DNA of 64,000 nt from an uncultured cyanobacterium. Its GTDB lineage: Bacteria > Cyanobacteriota > Cyanobacteriia > PCC-9006 > JAAUQQ01. A model generated the notes under the pieces. It had not been told where the DNA came from and searched no databases. It saw nothing but the letters and a program-made list of their open reading frames with translations. The stretch is from NCBI GenBank assembly GCA_963718615.1, contig OY970368.1:4736001-4800000 (forward strand). The letters are read 5' to 3'. The position numbers and the translations under genes are program-made. This document shows positions 41,627 to 51,423 of the stretch, in pieces (positions within the stretch are counted from its first letter, which is position 1; every line of letters begins with the position of its first letter).

Positions 41627-42247
41627 ATGTCCGATTTAACCACCTGGATCACCAATACCATGGAAACCATGGGCTATTGGGGGATTGGATTCCTGATGTT
41701 TGCAGAGAATCTGTTTCCCCCGATCCCCTCGGAGCTGATCATGCCCCTGGCAGGGTTTACGATCGCCGAAGGCAAAATGACCTGGTTACCCGCTATTACG
41801 GCGGGGGTTGTGGGAACGATCCTGGGGGCCTTGCCCTGGTACTACATGGGCAAGATCTTTAATATCTATCGTTTGGGAGCCTGGGCCGATCGCTACGGGA
41901 AGTGGCTTGGCATCTCCAGCGGTGATCTGAATAAATCGGTTGTTTGGTTTAATCGCTACGGTACAAAAGCGGTGCTGTTCGGTCGCTTAGTCCCTGGGAT
42001 TCGCACGCTGATTTCTTTGCCTGCGGGGATTGACGGGATGCCCTTGCCAACGTTTTTAATCTATTCGACCTTAGGCACTGCAATTTGGGTGACGTTTTTG
42101 ACGTCGGCGGGGTATTTCCTGGGTGATAATTACGATCGCGTTGATCAATATTTAGGTCCGGTTTCAAAGGTTGTTTTAGCGATTCTTGTAGTGGCGTTTA
42201 TCATTTGGCTTGTGCGGAAGCAAATGGCAAAGCGGCGTGAGTTTTAG
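41627..42247 (+). CDS. DedA-family membrane protein
   Basis: ENLFPPIPSELIMPLAGF, FGRLVPGIRTLISLPAG. Confidence 0.93.
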   Translation: MSDLTTWITNTMETMGYWGIGFLMFAENLFPPIPSELIMPLAGFTIAEGKMTWLPAITAGVVGTILGALPWYYMGKIFNIYRLGAWADRYGKWLGISSGDLNKSVVWFNRYGTKAVLFGRLVPGIRTLISLPAGIDGMPLPTFLIYSTLGTAIWVTFLTSAGYFLGDNYDRVDQYLGPVSKVVLAILVVAFIIWLVRKQMAKRREF

Positions 42248-42392
42248 TGAATACCGCAGAGACAGACCCAGTGCTGGGGATGCGATTACTTTATGAATAT
42301 CGATTGCAAGTCGACGCCATTGAGGGGGATTAGTCACAGTCGAAATCCTGCCAAATGTGCGATAGGCTGAAGTTTTTGAGGAGTGCTTTGCC

Positions 42393-42794
42393 ATGTTTAA
42401 GTTTTCCGGTACCCGTCCCAGCAACTTGGGTGCTAAAGAAGGCCGTTTAGCGCCAGTGCCGAGCTCTCCCAATTGCGTGTCGAGTCAAGCGCCCGCAAGC
42501 GACAAGGAACACTACATCGAACCCTTGCGCTATGGCGGTAGTGGGGCAGAGGCGATCGCCAAAATCAAAACCCTGATCACCGCCATGGAACGCGCCGAAA
42601 TCATCACCGAAAACCCCAACTATCTCTACGCCGAATTCACCACCAAACTCATGGGCTTCGTCGATGACGTCGAGTTCTACGCCGATGACGCTAGCCAAAC
42701 CCTCCACATGCGTTCCGCCTCTCGCCTCGGCAAATCTGACCTTGGCCTCAACCGCCAGCGCATTGAAGAAATTCGTGCGCGGTTTAACAGCTAG
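42393..42794 (+). CDS. DUF1499-domain protein
   Basis: PSSPNCVSSQ, FVDDVEF, RSASRLGKSDLGLNRQRIE. Confidence 0.9.
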   Translation: MFKFSGTRPSNLGAKEGRLAPVPSSPNCVSSQAPASDKEHYIEPLRYGGSGAEAIAKIKTLITAMERAEIITENPNYLYAEFTTKLMGFVDDVEFYADDASQTLHMRSASRLGKSDLGLNRQRIEEIRARFNS

Positions 42795-42924
42795 TTGCAT
42801 TTTCTGTAACTGTTGCCATCATGGCTCACCCTCTGTGACAGATTAGAGTCATCGGAGCCATCAATTCCTGGTGAGACCTACTAGGCTCTGGCATTTTGTT
42901 TTTCCTGTGAGGAACTGCTTCACC

Positions 42925-43653
42925 ATGCTGCATTCACTTCGTCCCCTCTTGCTCCCTTGGCTAGCCCCCGTTGCTGCGATCGCCATGACGATTCCCCTGT
43001 CTGCCACACCCGCTACCACCCAAGAAATGTTGCGCACGCTCACCGTGACCGGTCGCGGCATCGAAGAAGTTGTCACGACCAAGGCCCAAGTCAATCTTGG
43101 CATCGAAGTCCAGGGCCAAACCGCTGAAGAAGCCCAAACGGAAGCCGCTAAACGCTCCAATGCGGTGGTGGATTTGCTTAAAAATCGCCGCGTGGAAAAA
43201 TTACAGACCACCGGCATCAACCTCAGCCCTCGCTATAACTACGAAAATGGCAAGCAGGAGCTAGTGGGTTTTACCGCAATCAATACCGTCAGCTTCCGGG
43301 TTCCCAATGCCCAAGCGGGAGAAATTATGGATGATGCGGTCAATGCCGGGGCGACTCGCATCGACAATATTAGTTTTGTGGCGGAAGATAACGCGATCGC
43401 CACCGCCCAAAAACAAGCCCTCAAGGAGGCCACCACCGACGCCCGCCAACAGGCCGATGCGGTCCTCGAAGCCCTGAACTTTACCGCCAAGGAAATTGTC
43501 AGCATTCAGGTCAATGGCGCAGCCACCCCCCCGCCGATCTTCCTAGCCAAAAATCAATTGATGGAAGCTAGAGCCGCCGATGCGGCCCCAACCCCTGTAA
43601 TTGGCGGAGAACAAGAGGTCCAAGCCTCCGTAACGCTCCAGATTCGTTACTAA
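42925..43653 (+). CDS. SIMPL/DUF541 periplasmic protein
   Basis: Signal peptide; RTLTVTGRG, AVNAGATRI, GGEQEVQASVTLQIRY; start uncertain. Confidence 0.88.
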   Translation: MLHSLRPLLLPWLAPVAAIAMTIPLSATPATTQEMLRTLTVTGRGIEEVVTTKAQVNLGIEVQGQTAEEAQTEAAKRSNAVVDLLKNRRVEKLQTTGINLSPRYNYENGKQELVGFTAINTVSFRVPNAQAGEIMDDAVNAGATRIDNISFVAEDNAIATAQKQALKEATTDARQQADAVLEALNFTAKEIVSIQVNGAATPPPIFLAKNQLMEARAADAAPTPVIGGEQEVQASVTLQIRY

Positions 43654-43674
43654 AGCAAAACTAGAGCACAATCC

Positions 43675-44046
43675 CTAGAACTCCTCAAAGTCCCCACCCC
43701 CCATGGCATTGGCGGCAGAGTCCGTATCCCGTTTGGAGCCGAGCAAATCCATTCGATTGACACGGATGACGGGGCTGGTGCGCTGGGCTCCCGTATTGCG
43801 ATCGCTCCAACTCTCAAACTTCAGACTGCCGCTGATCCCAATCAAGCTGCCCTTGCGCACATAGTCCGCCGCCACTTGGGCCGTCCGCCCCCAAATCTCT
43901 AAACGAAACCAGTCCGGCTCATCGTTATTCCGCGAAACGCGGTTGACCGCTAGGGAAAGATTGCAAACTACGCTACCCGATTCAAAGTACCGGACGTCAG
44001 GGTCTCCCCCCACTCTTCCAACCAAATTGACAATATTTAAGCTCAT
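43675..44046 (-). CDS. ssb: Single-stranded DNA-binding protein
   Basis: MSLNIVNLVGRVGGDPDVRYFESG...WGRTAQVAADYVRKGSLIG; acidic tail DFEEF; start at 44046. Confidence 0.95.
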   Translation of the reverse strand: MSLNIVNLVGRVGGDPDVRYFESGSVVCNLSLAVNRVSRNNDEPDWFRLEIWGRTAQVAADYVRKGSLIGISGSLKFESWSDRNTGAQRTSPVIRVNRMDLLGSKRDTDSAANAMGGGDFEEF

Positions 44047-44509
44047 GGCGTCACACGGTTGTCTGTATCGCTTGTCTATATCGCTCTTTCCATTGTGGCG
44101 AAAAGAGGACACGAATGTGGCGCGAATGTAGCAAAAAGGGGCAACAAATGCCGCAGGGCCTGAGTCACGACCGCTCACCGACTGATTATCAAGTTTGGTG
44201 AATACGACCCACCGTAGGACCCGCTCAATTTCTGTCAAATATCCTGTAGAGTGTCGGGTAAGCAGTCCTATAAAATTTGAGGATAAATTCTCAGGAAAAA
44301 AGTTTTTCTCGCATTCTTTGCAAGATCTGAGACCAAGTGAATTTTCTGAGGGATTTGTCGTCAAATATCTAGACGATTTGCCAATCAGCGTAATAAAATC
44401 CACACTCAACAAGACATTCGCGATCGCTATTCGATTGGGTCAGGGTGGGATAGGCTGTCTTGTATGAAAAATCGGTCTTCATAGGCAATTAGTAGGGGGC
44501 GAATTATCC

Positions 44510-45550
44510 GTGGCCTTTTGGAAACGCCTATCGCTAACGCGAGGCATCGGCATCGATCTGGGCACTGCCAACACCCTGGTATACGTTTCAGGCAAGGGCA
44601 TTGTTCTACAAGAACCATCCGTAGTTGCCATCGACAAAAAAACAGATGCCCCCTTGGCAGTCGGTGAAGACGCAAAAAAAATGTTGGGTCGAACCCCCGA
44701 CAGCATCGTGGCATTGCGTCCACTCCGGGATGGGGTAATTGCGGACTTTGATGTCGCAGAAATGATGCTAAAACGCTTCATTGAGCGCGTCGATGATGGC
44801 CAAGGCCTGATTCGGCCTCGGGTGGTTATTGGGATTCCTAGCGGTGTGACCGGTGTTGAGCGCCGTGCCGTCATGGAAGCTGCTTCCCAAGCCGGTGCCC
44901 GTGAGGTCTATTTGATTGATGAACCGGTGGCCGCTGCCATCGGGGCGGGCTTGCCCGTCGCTGAACCCACCGGCAACATGATTATCGACATTGGGGGGGG
45001 CACCACCGAAGTTGCGGTCCTGAGCTTGCAGGGCATCGTCCTCAGTCAATCGGTGCGGGTCGCAGGGGATGAGCTGAGCGAGTCGATTACCCAGTACATG
45101 AAAAAGGTTCACAACCTGATCATTGGGGAGCGGACCGCTGAAGAAATCAAGATTCAGATTGGTTCCGCCTATCCTTCTAAAGATGCAGACGAAGCCGCCT
45201 TAGAGGTTCGCGGTTTGCACATGCTGTCGGGATTGCCCCGAACCGTCGTGGTCAAAGGCCCGGAAATTCGCGAAAGCATGTCTGAGCCCCTGTCGGTGAT
45301 TGTGGAATCGGTCAAGCGAACCCTCGAAACCACGCCCCCGGAATTGGCTGCGGACATTATCGATCGCGGCATTATGCTGGCGGGCGGCGGTGCCTTGCTC
45401 AAGGGACTCGATACGCTGATCAGTCACGAAACCGGCATTGTCACCCATGTTGCAGCGGATCCGCTGAGCTGCGTGGTGCTGGGAACCGGACGGGTTTTAG
45501 AGAACTTCAAAGAACTCGATCGCGTCTTCAGCTCCCACAGCCGTATCTAA
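44510..45550 (+). CDS. mreB: Rod shape-determining protein MreB
   Basis: GIDLGTANTL, DIGGGTTEVA, AGGGALL. Confidence 0.98.
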   Translation: MAFWKRLSLTRGIGIDLGTANTLVYVSGKGIVLQEPSVVAIDKKTDAPLAVGEDAKKMLGRTPDSIVALRPLRDGVIADFDVAEMMLKRFIERVDDGQGLIRPRVVIGIPSGVTGVERRAVMEAASQAGAREVYLIDEPVAAAIGAGLPVAEPTGNMIIDIGGGTTEVAVLSLQGIVLSQSVRVAGDELSESITQYMKKVHNLIIGERTAEEIKIQIGSAYPSKDADEAALEVRGLHMLSGLPRTVVVKGPEIRESMSEPLSVIVESVKRTLETTPPELAADIIDRGIMLAGGGALLKGLDTLISHETGIVTHVAADPLSCVVLGTGRVLENFKELDRVFSSHSRI

Positions 45551-45721
45551 ACCGCTCAACGCAGTCTCCCTATCTCCCCCAGGCGTCAAAGGATCGAGTC
45601 AAAGGATCCTTTAGCGCTTGGGGAATTGGGGGGATTGCAAATTCAGTACAGCGCCACTTTAGCTCTAGAATACTGTCCTGGAGTTCAGCAACAGAGCTGA
45701 AAGGCGGGTGGAAGGTTTCTT

Positions 45722-46513
45722 ATGCTCAACCAGTGGTGGAATCAGTACTGGGCCAGAGCTGCCCTTGTGGGTAGTTTGTTAGGAATGGCCTGGTTTTTGC
45801 GACAGACCCAAGGGGCTGCCCTGGAGGAGCTGTATTTTTATGCAACCGAGCCGCTGCGGTTTCGCTCGGGGCCGCCTGCCGAATGGTTGGCGGATGCACG
45901 CACGATGGAATTGCAGGAACGCTTGCTTGAGCTAGAAGTCCAAAATGAGCGTTTGCAAGAACTGCTCGATACCGTTGAGCAGGCCAAGAAAAAAGGCAAT
46001 ATCCTGATTCCGGCTCCCATTATTGGTCGTTCTGCGGATCAGTGGTGGCAGCAGGTGCGACTTGGGCGAGGCAGCAGTCACGGTTTGGGAAAAGGGTCCG
46101 CGATTACCGCCGCTGGCGGCTTAGTCGGCTATGTTGTCCAGGCGACCCCGAACACGAGTAAGGTTTTATTAATCAGTGACCCCAGCAGTAGCGTAGGAGC
46201 GATGGTCGTCCGCAATCGCAGCCAAGGCTATATTCGGGGTCTATCCACCGATGAAGTGGAAATGAGCTTTTTTGATAAGGATCCGGGCGTGCAAAAGGGA
46301 GATGTGATTGTGACGTCGGCCTCCAGTACCTTGTTTGCCCCTGGAATTCCTATCGGGATTGTGCAGGAGGTGCAGCTCAATGCCAGTCCCGTTCCCAAGG
46401 CAGTGATTCGCTTAAATGCACCGATTGGGCGCTTGGAATGGGTTACGGCCTCTCCTCCCCGCTCCTTTGCGGTGCCTGCTTCCTCGCCCCCTACGGAACC
46501 TTCAGCGCCATGA
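45722..46513 (+). CDS. mreC: Rod shape-determining protein MreC
   Basis: TM plus coiled coil, GLVGYV, GDVIVTS, PGIPIG; synteny with mreB. Confidence 0.92.
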   Translation: MLNQWWNQYWARAALVGSLLGMAWFLRQTQGAALEELYFYATEPLRFRSGPPAEWLADARTMELQERLLELEVQNERLQELLDTVEQAKKKGNILIPAPIIGRSADQWWQQVRLGRGSSHGLGKGSAITAAGGLVGYVVQATPNTSKVLLISDPSSSVGAMVVRNRSQGYIRGLSTDEVEMSFFDKDPGVQKGDVIVTSASSTLFAPGIPIGIVQEVQLNASPVPKAVIRLNAPIGRLEWVTASPPRSFAVPASSPPTEPSAP

Positions 46514-47211
46514 TGTCAGCGATGATGTTTCTGCACCGACTGCGGGTGCCTAAATTTCTTCAGCCTCAACCGCCGGCTTTAAATGGATTGATTGTGGCAG
46601 GGTCGGTTTTAGTGCTCCTCCTGCTCCTGCCGATGCGGTTGCCCGGTACGCAAATTGCGGGGGTGGGGGCCAATTGGCTGCTGATTTGGGTGGTCGCTTG
46701 GAGTATTCGGCGGAATGCAGTTCAGGGGGCGATCGCCGGTGTGGTTCTCGGACTCATTCAAGATGCCATGACCGGCCCCGACCCCAGCCATGTGCTTAGC
46801 TTGGCATTGGTGGGGGCGCTGACGGCGATGCTGCAAAAACAGCGCTACATCCAAGAAGATTTTATTTCCGTCGCAATGATTGTCTTTGGCATGGCAATTT
46901 TGGCGGAAACGGTTTTGGCGCTTCAGCTCACGCTGATTGCCCAGGATACAAGCTGGACAGATTTGGCGGGAATTAATTCGGAGGTGGGCAATTTTTCCGT
47001 GGGCGACAGCTTGCTCCAGTCCGAAATTAATACTTCTAGTACCACAGACCAGGTGGTCCGAGCCGGTTATACCCCGGCTGAAATTTGGACCCGCCACCAA
47101 CGGATTGCCCTCAGCTCTGCCATTGTCAGCAGCCTCTGGGCTCCGGTGATTTCCTATCCGCTCAATCGCTGGTGGGAATGGTTTGGGCGGTTTCAGGAAA
47201 CCGCTCGCTAG
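46510..47211 (+). CDS. mreD: Rod shape-determining protein MreD
   Basis: NWLLIWVVAWS, GLIQDAMT, QEDFISVA; ATGA overlap with mreC. Confidence 0.9.
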   Translation: MMSAMMFLHRLRVPKFLQPQPPALNGLIVAGSVLVLLLLLPMRLPGTQIAGVGANWLLIWVVAWSIRRNAVQGAIAGVVLGLIQDAMTGPDPSHVLSLALVGALTAMLQKQRYIQEDFISVAMIVFGMAILAETVLALQLTLIAQDTSWTDLAGINSEVGNFSVGDSLLQSEINTSSTTDQVVRAGYTPAEIWTRHQRIALSSAIVSSLWAPVISYPLNRWWEWFGRFQETAR

Positions 47212-47240
47212 TGACCGCTCGCTAGTGACCGTTTGCTAGT
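47200..47240. repeat. Tandem 14-mer ACCGCTCGCTAGTG (about 3 copies) spanning the mreD stop codon
   Basis: Seen directly; third copy degenerate. Confidence 0.88.
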
Positions 47241-47249
47241 AGCAGACGG

Positions 47250-48128
47250 CTAGTTACAATCGCGGGCGATCGCCATCACTGCTGAAATGTCCTGGGTGAG
47301 CGTTGTCAAATTGGGATGCACGGCATGGGGCTGGAGATCTTCCAGATAGGTGCTGCTGCGGATGCCGCAGGTAAGGGCGATCGCCGGAATACCCAAACGC
47401 TGCGCCGCAATCACATCCGCCTCCGTATCACCAATCATCCAAGCAGACTTGCCCTTCCCTGAGCCCAATTGTTGCTGCTGGTCTGCCAACGCCCGTTCTA
47501 GCAGAACTGTTTTCAGGTCCGTGTAGTTCTGGTAGGCCGCTTGAATATCCTGAGTGCCATAGATCCCGTCAAAACAGTCCTGCAACCCATGGGTATGGAG
47601 AAACTGGTGAACCTGGGATTCGTGCCGTAGGGTAACGAGGACAATGCGCAACCCTTCCTGCTGGAGTTGCAGTAGCGCTTGGGCCACCTCGGGCTGGGGT
47701 AAATCGCGGCGGAGCAACGCTGGGCAACAATTTACCAATTCCTTGACCTGCTCCAGGAACACCTGGATTTGCTCGCCCCGTAAGCCCGACCGTAGGGCAA
47801 TTTCCCCGTCTGGAATTCGAGCCTGCTTCATGCGCCAAAATTCTGCTTTGCCCATGGGGGTCAACCGCAACCCCACCCCGGTTTGGGCATATCGACGACG
47901 GGTGCGGGCCAGCGCCAGCAGATAGGTACTGTGGTAGCGACCGGAAACATCCACAATAGGGCCATCAAAATCACAGAAGAGCGTTGTTCCGGTTTCAATG
48001 GGGGGAAGCCTGGTGCCCGTAGGTTTACTGTATGATTCCGTCGAACCCTTGCGACACCATCGCCCAAATGCAGCAGAGGGTCGGAGCATCCACAAATCCA
48101 AAGGCGTCCAATACACAGGTAAGCCCAA
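47250..48128 (-). CDS. HAD-family hydrolase
   Basis: FCDFDGPIVD motif I, LVTLR motif II, WMIGDTEAD motif IV; start uncertain. Confidence 0.88.
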   Translation of the reverse strand: MGLPVYWTPLDLWMLRPSAAFGRWCRKGSTESYSKPTGTRLPPIETGTTLFCDFDGPIVDVSGRYHSTYLLALARTRRRYAQTGVGLRLTPMGKAEFWRMKQARIPDGEIALRSGLRGEQIQVFLEQVKELVNCCPALLRRDLPQPEVAQALLQLQQEGLRIVLVTLRHESQVHQFLHTHGLQDCFDGIYGTQDIQAAYQNYTDLKTVLLERALADQQQQLGSGKGKSAWMIGDTEADVIAAQRLGIPAIALTCGIRSSTYLEDLQPHAVHPNLTTLTQDISAVMAIARDCN

Positions 48129-48411
48129 AATCTTTAACTTTTCTTAATATAGCCGATTGATGACCCTATGGTCATGGATTCCGGAGGGGTGAGGCCCAGC
48201 GGACTAGGCAGATTTGAAAAAATGGGGTAATAATGTAGGGTAGCAGAGCATCGAAACACGCCTCACATCCTGTGAGTTCGCTGATGGCTCACCATTCAAG
48301 GGTTTGCCAAAGTGTGGATTCGAACCAGTTTGCGTTTCAGGCTGGGTTCTGTATTTACGGAAGGGTGATACGGCCAATTGAAGCCGTTGGTCTAAAAACC
48401 GACTCAATGAC

Positions 48412-48439
48412 TTGACAGTCCGAAATAGCCTGCTAGGCT
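48412..48439 (+). promoter_or_regulatory. Sigma70-type promoter inside inverted repeats
   Basis: TTGACA (48412-17), N16, TAGGCT (48434-39) with an extended TG; flanked by AATGACTTG/CAAGTCATT. Confidence 0.6.
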
Positions 48440-48626
48440 ACCTAGCAAGTCATTAACCGCTCATTCAACTGATTTCGTGGATTAGGAATTGGGATCGCTT
48501 CTATCCATGGCGTCGGCTGACGATTCCATCAGTTTGGGTTGAATTGAACCGGTTGTTTGGAGATGATCGCGACGGTTGATGGGGCTGTTTATGCCCGGTC
48601 ACTCAATGTTGATTTTTTAGTTATTT

Positions 48627-48824
48627 ATGCGTGAAACCACTTCGAGGGAAAACCTCTTTGATCTTGACTCCTTAGCCAAAAGCCACTGGCGTTCTCGAAT
48701 TAATCAATTTAAGCGTGAACTGCGGGCCTCGCAAGGTCGTCCTGTTGTTACTTCGGTCGGCCCTCGCCGTCGATTTTCGCCCAAACGGCAGCCCGGTCGC
48801 CCCATTGCTCAGTCGCTCCCCTAG
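48627..48824 (+). CDS. Putative 65-aa basic small protein
   Basis: ATG ORF downstream of a promoter and structured leader, in an otherwise empty gap. Confidence 0.5.
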   Translation: MRETTSRENLFDLDSLAKSHWRSRINQFKRELRASQGRPVVTSVGPRRRFSPKRQPGRPIAQSLP

Positions 48825-48836
48825 ATTTTCCGTCGT

Positions 48837-49772
48837 CTAGCTCTGGACTATCCCTTGAACAAAGGGTTGAAAGCGGTCAAAGAGCTGAGGCGTTGCAAGA
48901 ACAAGGGTTGGATAAGAAACCGTTCGATAGTTTTGATAGGGAATGAGCGGAAAGGGAGACGGCTCGTTCGCGCAATTGGATATTGCTGCCTCAGCGCTTC
49001 TGCCTTCGGCGCTTTTGTCTTCAGAGATTCCATAGGGTTGAGTCAGGGAAACCCAGGTTGCACCGGCAGCTTGGGCGATCGCCCACACCGCAGCAATATC
49101 CCAAACTTTAGGCGTTGCCTCCACACCCCCTAGGGTTGCTCCCCTCGCAACACTCAACATGTTGTAAGTTGCTACGCCAAGCATTCGAATCTTGCAGGGA
49201 AAAGAAACGTCCCGCACAGAGTCCTGCTGTAGTGATGAAATGCTCCTGGTGCAAAAACTGAATAAGCAATTGGCATTCAGATCATCGCGATAGGTCTGGA
49301 TGCTTTTTTGCGGGGCTTGGCCCAGACGGATATAGGCTCCTTGGGGACCTTGCAGAGCCAGGGGAAGTGTACTGTTTTGATACCAATACCCATAAAAGGC
49401 TTCGTTTAGCGGCGGAATTGCCACATAGCCAAACACTGGCGTTCCGCGATAGAGCAGCCCCAGGGAAATGCCCCACAGCGGGATACCTTGGGCAAAGTTG
49501 GTTGTGCCATCGAGGGGGTCAATCACCCAGCACCAGTCATTGTTGGGAAAGACGTGGGTGGTTTCTTCGCTGAGGATGCCGTGGTCGGGAAATTGCTGGG
49601 CGATCGCCCCTCGAATCCTCTCGTCGGACCACTGGTCGGCCTGGGTGACCAAACTACCATCGCTTTTTTCTTGGGCCTGAACCTGGCCAAAATCCGCCAG
49701 CAGTCGCTGACCGACTTCATCGGCCAGGGTTTGGGAAAACGTCAGAACCGCAGGCCAAAAAGATGGGGACAT
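48837..49772 (-). CDS. Inositol monophosphatase family protein
   Basis: GILSEE, WVIDPLDGTTNF, WDIAA. Confidence 0.93.
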   Translation of the reverse strand: MSPSFWPAVLTFSQTLADEVGQRLLADFGQVQAQEKSDGSLVTQADQWSDERIRGAIAQQFPDHGILSEETTHVFPNNDWCWVIDPLDGTTNFAQGIPLWGISLGLLYRGTPVFGYVAIPPLNEAFYGYWYQNSTLPLALQGPQGAYIRLGQAPQKSIQTYRDDLNANCLFSFCTRSISSLQQDSVRDVSFPCKIRMLGVATYNMLSVARGATLGGVEATPKVWDIAAVWAIAQAAGATWVSLTQPYGISEDKSAEGRSAEAAISNCANEPSPFPLIPYQNYRTVSYPTLVLATPQLFDRFQPFVQGIVQS

Positions 49773-49846
49773 CGTTGTACTCGGGAATAAAATCCAGGGA
49801 ATAAAATTTGGGAGATGAAAGCCAGAAGATGAAAGAAACCGTCGCG

Positions 49847-51343
49847 CTAGCCGTCTAATTCTCCTTCTAAAGCTGCCGCGATCGCCGCTTTGGCCGTCAT
49901 CTGAAACTCATGGACATTCACCCGGTTGATCAGGGCGATCGCCACCAACATCCCCACTGCCTGAGTCACAAAAACCAGAGCATAGGCGGGCAACAGTTGG
50001 GACTCTGGAATCGGCTGACCGCCGGAAAACAGCCCCATCAGCCGTTTACCGAGATCTAAGAGACCACCACCCAGGACCGTGGCGCTGCCTCGGGCGATCG
50101 CCTGGGCGAGTCCCCAGGCCCCAATAAACGTTCCGGCGGTGGCGGTAGCCGTGAGGTCGAGCATTAAGACAATCGAACCGGTGGTCAGCACGCCAGAAGC
50201 TAAACCAAATAACAACACCGCGACCATCAGCATGGCGGGGTTAGCCGTGGTCCCTGCCAGGATAATCAGCAGGAGGCAGACCGCAGCGGCTAAACAGCCC
50301 ACTTTAATCGTGCGTTTTTTACCCAGTCGAGGCGCTAGAAAAAAGCCCGTTAAAATAATGCCCGCCAGGGTTCCGAGGCCAAAATAGGCGTTGATTTTGG
50401 TGGTTTCAGCAATTTTCATGCCAAAGACCTGGCCCCCGTAGGGCTCTAGGACCGCATCTTGCATGAATAGGCTCAAACTCAGGACAAGCAAAAAGACAAA
50501 AAACAGCCCCGTTTGACGACTCGCCGTCAAAACCCGCAGGGATTGGCGCAGGGTAATGCTGTCTTCTCGACCACTGGCTTGAACGCGGCGGATGAGTCGG
50601 GAGTATTTTTTTTCGATACCGAAGGTGCTGGCGATCGCCAATCCACAAACGATCGCGGGTGCCACAATGAAAAGCCGATTGATCGAAGCCTGTAGCTCAG
50701 CAAAGGAAGGGGTATCCCCCAAGGATTTGAGCACCGTGGCGGTAATAATCACACCGGTAATAATTCCGACCATCAGCATCGCCCAGCCAATGCCCACGAG
50801 TTTGGGCCGGGTCTCTTCATCGGAAACATCCACCATCAGCGCTGTGAAGGGGGTTGAGGTGGCGCTTAGGGCCAAGCCATAGCCTGCAAATACCAATCCC
50901 AGGAGACCCACCCAAGGATAGGCCGCAGGCCCCCAACCCTGGGTTGCCACCACGGCACCGATTTGCCATACGACCTGAACTGCCGTAAACGCTAAAACGG
51001 CGACGGATAAAATACCGCACCAGATGTAGCCGCTGCGATGATGCCCGAGTAGGGGGGTGGCATCGGACATTTGGCCAAACCAGACGCGGGCTGGAGCCAT
51101 AAACTGATGGACCGCGATCGCCCCCGCCGCCACCAGAGCCGGAATCTTGAGTTCATCAATCATCACCCGATTGAGCACCCCCAGTGTCAGCAGGGACATG
51201 ATGCCCAATCCCATGTTGAAGACGCCCAAGCGCAGCATCGTCAGGAGGCTGAGTTTAGGGAGACCCGGAGAGTCTATCCCCAAGGCGGGGTTAGGCGTAG
51301 CACTGGAAAAATCAGAATTTTCCATGGGTTTAGCAACAAGCAA
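49847..51343 (-). CDS. BCD-family (PucC-like) MFS transporter
   Basis: LTLGVLNRVMI.EL, FMQDAVLEPYGG, AGTFIGAWGLAQA. Confidence 0.92.
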   Translation of the reverse strand: MLVAKPMENSDFSSATPNPALGIDSPGLPKLSLLTMLRLGVFNMGLGIMSLLTLGVLNRVMIDELKIPALVAAGAIAVHQFMAPARVWFGQMSDATPLLGHHRSGYIWCGILSVAVLAFTAVQVVWQIGAVVATQGWGPAAYPWVGLLGLVFAGYGLALSATSTPFTALMVDVSDEETRPKLVGIGWAMLMVGIITGVIITATVLKSLGDTPSFAELQASINRLFIVAPAIVCGLAIASTFGIEKKYSRLIRRVQASGREDSITLRQSLRVLTASRQTGLFFVFLLVLSLSLFMQDAVLEPYGGQVFGMKIAETTKINAYFGLGTLAGIILTGFFLAPRLGKKRTIKVGCLAAAVCLLLIILAGTTANPAMLMVAVLLFGLASGVLTTGSIVLMLDLTATATAGTFIGAWGLAQAIARGSATVLGGGLLDLGKRLMGLFSGGQPIPESQLLPAYALVFVTQAVGMLVAIALINRVNVHEFQMTAKAAIAAALEGELDG

Positions 51344-51423
51344 GTTTCTTAATGGCTTGTTTTCACTATAAACCGCTACCTCACCCGTTCTCTTTCCTGG
51401 TTATGGTCAAGGGATCCCAAGGG

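Noticed and set aside
44047-44412. N-terminal extension of the ssb ORF to 245 aa
   Set aside because: SSB homology begins at MSLNIVN (44046); the extension runs through the divergent ssb/mreB promoter region
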